From Patescibacteria group bacterium (lineage in GTDB: Bacteria; Patescibacteriota; Microgenomatia; UBA8517): DNA of 64,000 nucleotides. The translations under genes and the position numbers were made by a program. How positions within the stretch are numbered: position 1 is the stretch's first letter; the number at the start of each line of letters is the position of its first letter. Shown one piece after another: positions 59,446 to 64,000 of this stretch. The stretch is taken from the NCBI GenBank assembly GCA_025999275.1, contig AP024680.1:180728-244727 (forward strand), in the 5' to 3' direction. The notes under the pieces are model-generated. The model did not search any database. It saw nothing but the letters and a program-made list of their open reading frames with translations, and was not told the DNA's origin.

Positions 59446-60063
59446 ATGCCTCAGGTTACTGCCGTTAAGCTTCAGAAAAATAAAAAAAGGGCAAATGTCT
59501 ATCTTGATGGCAAATTTGGTTTTGGGATTGATCTTGAGAATTTACTCAAACTTAAGATAAAAGAGGGTCAATATATAAACGAATCTGAGATTGAAAAGAT
59601 AGTTGGGATCTCGGAAAGTCAAAAGATTTGGGACAGACTGCTTCGCTTTGTTTCAACAAGACCAAAAAGCGAGAAAGAAGTTAGAGATTGGTTCTTGAGG
59701 AAAAAAGTCACTGGCAGTTTAGCTGATAAGTATTTAAGAAGACTCAAGAGGTTGGATTTTATTGATGATTTAAAATTTGCTTTATGGTGGATTGAGCAGA
59801 GATTGTCTTTTAGGCCTAAGCCAAGAAGGATTATAGAGCAGGAGCTAAAAGTTAAAGGCTTAAAAAAAGAAATAATAGATAAGGCTTTTTCTTCTTTTCA
59901 GATAGACGAATATGGTCAGGCAAAGGCTGTGTTTGAGAAAAATAAATTAAGATGGAAGAATTTGCCACCTGATAAATTTAGAATTAAAGCCTCAGGTTTT
60001 CTTTTAAGAAGGGGCTATAGTTGGGAAGTGGTTAAGAAGGTTTTATCTTTGGAAGAAGAATAA
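59446..60063 (+). CDS. recX: Regulatory protein RecX
   Basis: Follows recA; RPKSEKEV, FIDDLKFA, LLRRGYS. Confidence 0.92.
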   Translation: MPQVTAVKLQKNKKRANVYLDGKFGFGIDLENLLKLKIKEGQYINESEIEKIVGISESQKIWDRLLRFVSTRPKSEKEVRDWFLRKKVTGSLADKYLRRLKRLDFIDDLKFALWWIEQRLSFRPKPRRIIEQELKVKGLKKEIIDKAFSSFQIDEYGQAKAVFEKNKLRWKNLPPDKFRIKASGFLLRRGYSWEVVKKVLSLEEE

Positions 60064-60070
60064 GTTTTAC

Positions 60071-60106
60071 ACCCTTTAAAGATTCAATCTTTAAGGGTAT
60101 TTATTT
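60071..60106 (+). terminator. Probable intrinsic terminator after recX
   Basis: ACCCTTTAAAGAT-TCA-ATCTTTAAGGGT followed by ATTTATTT. Confidence 0.6.
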
Positions 60107-60221
60107 GACGGATGGAATATTTTCAATTAAAATAAAGATAGGAGAAATTATGGTTTTAGAGAAAATACAAGAAACTCTTTTTCTCTCCTTTTTGAAAAGG
60201 GGTTAAGCCTTATTTCTCCTA
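60105..60221 (+). promoter_or_regulatory. rny promoter and multibranch 5' leader
   Basis: TTGACG-17-TAAAAT; stems TAGGAGAAAT/ATTTCTCCTA, AGAGAAAA/TTTTCTCT and CCTTT/AAAGG. Confidence 0.55.
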
Positions 60222-60231
60222 AAATTAGGAT

Positions 60232-61485
60232 ATGACAACTAAAAACCAAGATGAAATAGCTTTATTGCTTGAAGATTTAAAACTGGAGCGTGAAGCTTTG
60301 GAGAAAGAAAAAGAGGCGTTAAAAAAAAGAGAGTATGATCTTAAAGAATCTTTAGCCAAAGCTGGCAAGATGACAGTTGATGAAGCTCGTAAAGCTCTTC
60401 TTAACGAAGTCTCCAAAGAACTGACTTCAGAGATTGCTCGTCGTATTAGGCAAGCGGAAGAGAGAATTAAGCTTGAATCGCAAGAAAAAGCAAAGGAGAT
60501 TTTAGTTGATGCTATGAGGCATGGAGCCACTTCCTACACTGCCGAATACACAATCTCAACCGTAACAGTTCCAAATGAAGAAGTAAAGGGTAGAATTATT
60601 GGTGCTGGAGGAAGGAATATCAGGGTTTTTGAGAAGGAGACAGGTTGTGAGCTTGAGCTTGATGAGACAAATGTTATCAGAATTTCTTCTTTTGATTCTT
60701 TAAGAAGAGAAATTGCCAGACGTGCTCTTGAAATATTAATTAAGGATAGCCGTATTCAACCCTCAAGAATAGAGGAAGTGGTCAGGCAAGTTAGAACAAA
60801 AATGGAGGAAATTTTACTTGAGGAGGGTAAGCTAATTGCTGAAACTTGTGGAGTTTATAATTTGCCAGTTGATATTATCAAGCTTTTGGGCCGCTATAAG
60901 TTTAGAACTTCTTATGGGCAGAATTTGGGCCTTCACACAATAGAAGAAACCAAAATTGGAGTGGCAATAGCAAATGAAATTGGAGCCAAAGTCGATGTTG
61001 TTCGTTTGGGGTGCCTTTTGCATGATATAGGCAAGGTGGTAACTGAGGAAGAAGGTAACCATGTTGATATTGGTGTTTCTGTAGCCAAAAAGTATGGCTT
61101 TCCAAAAGAGGTAGTCAATTGTATTGCCGAGCATCATGAAGACAAGCCTTTTTCTTCTATTGAAAGCGTAATAGTTTGGATAGCTGATGCTATATCAGGC
61201 TCAAGGCCGGGTGCTCGTTATGAACCCCATGAGGAGTATGTCAAGAGAATGAATAAGATTGAAGAAATTGTGCGTCAGTTTGAAGGTGTGTCTGAGGCTT
61301 ATGCTTTTCAGGCTGGTCGTGATGTAAGAGTGATTGTTAACCCCGATGAGGTTGATGATGACAAGCTTACGGTTTTGGCTTATGAAATAGCCAAGAAATT
61401 GGAAAAGGAAGCTGAATATGCCGGTCAAATAAAAGTAACTGTTATTCGTGAGACACGAGCTACAAGTACTACTGCTGCTAAGTAA
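60232..61485 (+). CDS. rny: Ribonuclease Y lacking an N-terminal TM anchor
   Basis: Coiled coil, KH domain (KGRIIGAGGRNI), HD domain (LLHDIGK), ADAISGSRPGAR. Confidence 0.95.
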   Translation: MTTKNQDEIALLLEDLKLEREALEKEKEALKKREYDLKESLAKAGKMTVDEARKALLNEVSKELTSEIARRIRQAEERIKLESQEKAKEILVDAMRHGATSYTAEYTISTVTVPNEEVKGRIIGAGGRNIRVFEKETGCELELDETNVIRISSFDSLRREIARRALEILIKDSRIQPSRIEEVVRQVRTKMEEILLEEGKLIAETCGVYNLPVDIIKLLGRYKFRTSYGQNLGLHTIEETKIGVAIANEIGAKVDVVRLGCLLHDIGKVVTEEEGNHVDIGVSVAKKYGFPKEVVNCIAEHHEDKPFSSIESVIVWIADAISGSRPGARYEPHEEYVKRMNKIEEIVRQFEGVSEAYAFQAGRDVRVIVNPDEVDDDKLTVLAYEIAKKLEKEAEYAGQIKVTVIRETRATSTTAAK

Positions 61486-61532
61486 CCCTAAATATTGACA
61501 TTTTTGTTATTTTGTAATAAAGTAAAGCAAGT

Positions 61533-61808
61533 ATGACACAAAAGCAATTGATAGATTTGGTTGCAAGAAAAGCGCATTTGACCAAAAAGGCGGCAACAGA
61601 GGCCGTCGAAGTTTTTCTTAACGAGATTGGAAGAATTCTTGCCAAAGGTGAAAAGGTAGTGCTTTCTGGTTTTGGCACATTTCGTATTTCTTCAAGAAAG
61701 GGTAAAACAGTCAAAATTCCCAAGACCGATAAATTAGTTCATATCAAGCCCCATCGAGCTCCCAAATTTACCCCCGGCAAGAGGCTGAAAGAGCAAGTAT
61801 CCCGATAA
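61533..61808 (+). CDS. hup: HU-family DNA-binding protein
   Basis: GFGTF, PKFTPGKRLK. Confidence 0.93.
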   Translation: MTQKQLIDLVARKAHLTKKAATEAVEVFLNEIGRILAKGEKVVLSGFGTFRISSRKGKTVKIPKTDKLVHIKPHRAPKFTPGKRLKEQVSR

Positions 61809-61846
61809 TTTAACCTTTAGTTTTATTTTGTAGTATACTAGCCTTG

Positions 61847-62842
61847 ATGGAAAAGGTTGTTTTAGTGGATAAATTAACCAAAATCTTTGAGGTTAATATA
61901 AAAAAAGAAGGTTTTTGGGGTGGGTTATCTTCTCTTATTAGTCCTCAGAAAAAGAAAGTTATCGCTTTAAATGAAATCTCATTTTCAATTGGTGAGGGGG
62001 AATTGGTGGGTTTTATTGGGCCAAATGGTGCTGGTAAGACTACAACTCTGAAAATTCTTTCTGGCCTTCTTTATCCTTCCTCTGGCCTGGTTCAAGTTTT
62101 GGGCTTTGATCCTTGGCAAAGAAAGCCGGAATATCTTAAAAATATAAGTTTGGTGATGGGGCAGAAAAACCAGCTTTGGTGGGATTTGCCTGCAATTGAA
62201 ACTCTTGATTTAAATCGTGCTATTTATGAAATTTCAAATAGAGATTATGAGAAAAACTTAAAAGAGTTGGTAGATCTGCTTGATGTAGAGGAGTTTTTGA
62301 ATGTTCCTGTGAGAAGGCTCTCTTTGGGCCAAAGAATGCGGTTTGAGCTTGTGGCTTCTCTTATTCATAATCCAAAGGTCTTGTTTTTGGATGAGCCGAC
62401 AATTGGCCTTGATCTTTTTGCTCAGACTAAAATCAGAGACTTTTTGGTTGATTACAACCGCCGCAGGGGAGCAACTATGATTCTGACTTCTCATAATATG
62501 GATGATATTTTTGGGGTTGCCAAAAGGGTAATTCTTATAGACAAGGGTAGAATAATTTTTGATGGCAAACTTGACTTTTTGGTTGAGACATTTGCCAAGA
62601 TGAAGTTTATCAAGATTTATCTTTCTAAAGAAACGGATTTTAAAAAGTTTGAAGAAATAGGCAAGGTAAAAAAGATTGATTTTCCACAGGTAGTTTTATC
62701 TGTCCCTCGTGAAACATCAGCAGTGGCAACAGCTGAAATTTTACAGGAATTTCCAGTTGCCGACCTTTCAGTTGAAGAGGAGCCAATTGAAAGTGTGATT
62801 AAAAGAGTTTTTAAGGAGGGTTTTGGCAAAAAAACAAAATGA
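61847..62842 (+). CDS. ABC-2 type transporter ATP-binding protein
   Basis: GPNGAGKTT, LSLGQ, LDEPTIGLD, TSH. Confidence 0.95.
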   Translation: MEKVVLVDKLTKIFEVNIKKEGFWGGLSSLISPQKKKVIALNEISFSIGEGELVGFIGPNGAGKTTTLKILSGLLYPSSGLVQVLGFDPWQRKPEYLKNISLVMGQKNQLWWDLPAIETLDLNRAIYEISNRDYEKNLKELVDLLDVEEFLNVPVRRLSLGQRMRFELVASLIHNPKVLFLDEPTIGLDLFAQTKIRDFLVDYNRRRGATMILTSHNMDDIFGVAKRVILIDKGRIIFDGKLDFLVETFAKMKFIKIYLSKETDFKKFEEIGKVKKIDFPQVVLSVPRETSAVATAEILQEFPVADLSVEEEPIESVIKRVFKEGFGKKTK

Positions 62843-63642
62843 AAAAGTACTTTCAGGTCTTCAAGGTTTCTCTTTCTCAGGAGTTTGCTTACAGACTTAA
62901 TTTTGTTATGTGGCGAGTGAGAAATGTTATTCAGATTCTAATACTTTTCTCTTTTTGGAACATTATTTTTTCTGACAATCATATAAATTTTTTCGGTTAT
63001 GATAGATCCAAAATTTTGACTTATGTTTTTGGGATCTTGGTTTTGCGGGCAATAGTTCTTTCTGCAAGAGTGGTGGATGTGGCTGGAGAGATATCAAGCG
63101 GTAGCTTAACCAATCTTCTGCTTAAGCCGGTGAGTTATTTTAAGTATTGGTTTTGTCGAGATATGTCAAGCAAAGTTTTGAATTTGGCATTTTCTATTAT
63201 TGAAATTTCCATTCTTTTTATTTGGCTTAAACCACCAATTTTTATTCAAAAAGATGTTAAAGTATTAATTCCCTTTTTAATTTCACTTACTTTAGCAATC
63301 GGCCTTTATTTTTTGATCTTGTTTTTAGTTAATTTAGTTTCTTTCTGGATGCCTGAGAATGCTTGGGCAGCTCAGTTTCTTTTTATATTTATAATTTTGG
63401 AGTTTTTTGCCGGAGGAATTTTCCCTCTTGATATACTGCCGGACTTTCTTTTCAAAATCTCTTCGTATTTACCATTTTATTACTTGCTCTTCTTTCCTCT
63501 TCAAGTATATTTGGGCAAAATTAGCTTGTTTTTGGTGTTAAAGGGGATAGTGATAAGTCTAGCCTGGCTTTTAATCTTAAGTTTTGCTCTTAATAGAGTT
63601 TGGCATAAGGGACTATCTGTTTATAATGCTGAAGGAAGATGA
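62839..63642 (+). CDS. ABC-2 family permease
   Basis: About six TM helices; ISSGSLTNLLLKP, GGIFPLD. Confidence 0.88.
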   Translation: MKKYFQVFKVSLSQEFAYRLNFVMWRVRNVIQILILFSFWNIIFSDNHINFFGYDRSKILTYVFGILVLRAIVLSARVVDVAGEISSGSLTNLLLKPVSYFKYWFCRDMSSKVLNLAFSIIEISILFIWLKPPIFIQKDVKVLIPFLISLTLAIGLYFLILFLVNLVSFWMPENAWAAQFLFIFIILEFFAGGIFPLDILPDFLFKISSYLPFYYLLFFPLQVYLGKISLFLVLKGIVISLAWLLILSFALNRVWHKGLSVYNAEGR

Positions 63643-64000
63643 AAACAATAACTAGATACTTAAAAATTTGGTTTATCTTGAACAAAAAAACAATGCTTTT
63701 GCATTTTTCGCGTAAGTTTGGTTTTTTTGTTTTTTTGATAGGGAAGATTTTAAGGTTTATCTTTTTTATCACTTTTTTGTTTTTTATTCTTAAAAAAACG
63801 GGAGGTCTTGGTACGTATTCCTCAGAACAAGTGATTTTGTTTTTTGTGGTTTTTAATTTGATAAGCATCATTTCTCAGATGTTTTTCCGTGGTGTTTATA
63901 CTTTTAGACAAATGGTAGTTTCTGGTAATTTTGATTTGGTCTTAAGCAAACCTTTTGATCCTCTTTTCAGGGTTGTTTTTGGCGGTTTTGATTTTATTGA
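63639..64000 (+). CDS. Second ABC-2 family permease (partial, runs off the window)
   Basis: ATGA overlap; MKTITRYLKIWF...VVSGNFDLVLSKP, open to the window end. Confidence 0.8.
   Translation, partial: MKTITRYLKIWFILNKKTMLLHFSRKFGFFVFLIGKILRFIFFITFLFFILKKTGGLGTYSSEQVILFFVVFNLISIISQMFFRGVYTFRQMVVSGNFDLVLSKPFDPLFRVVFGGFDFI

Noticed and set aside
1575-63871. Numerous short antisense or alternate-frame ORFs in the track (e.g. 4480-4872, 10789-11166, 44065-44505, 63590-63871)
   Set aside because: They overlap well-supported genes, show no recognisable motifs, and look like shadow ORFs.
1-64000. Alternative genetic code (UGA=Gly, code 25)
   Set aside because: Conserved genes are full length under code 11, and TGA ends hrcA and rpoC at the expected positions.

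Overview
AT-rich core-genome segment, almost entirely + strand, from a reduced bacterium. It is most likely Patescibacteria/CPR of the Microgenomates type (inference from the missing uL30 gene in the spc operon, N-truncated IF2 and uL2, short AlaRS and scarce Shine-Dalgarno sites). Gene order: DUF2207 protein, rpsT, murJ; CIRCE-hrcA-grpE-dnaK-clpB-dnaJ; nusA-infB-DHH-like-rpsO-pnp; Lon-type AAA+, udg, rnj; ftsK-rodZ-like; alaS; an actin-fold/TM/baseplate-J-like fusion with sortase, ruvX, a Zn-finger protein and mltG; rpoBC; the str/S10/spc/alpha ribosomal cluster and rplM-rpsI; MazG-like and small Zn genes; tRNA-Pro(GGG); recA-recX, rny, HU and an ABC-2 transporter (partial). I found no CRISPR array, integrase, transposase or rRNA. 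The most notable signals are: (1) a 96-bp structured element that duplicates and is antisense to the 5' end of tRNA-Pro; (2) an EF-G with non-canonical guanine-specificity motifs (NKLN and GGDNR); (3) the actin-fold/baseplate-J envelope cluster; (4) a protease-less Lon ATPase, a Cys-free family-4 UDG with a clamp-binding-like tail, and a catalytically degenerate DHH protein; (5) attenuator-like leaders on nusA, rpoB, rpsL and rplC, recurrent leaderless promoters, and intergenic heptamer arrays. All calls come from reading motifs by eye; no searches or folding programs were run.
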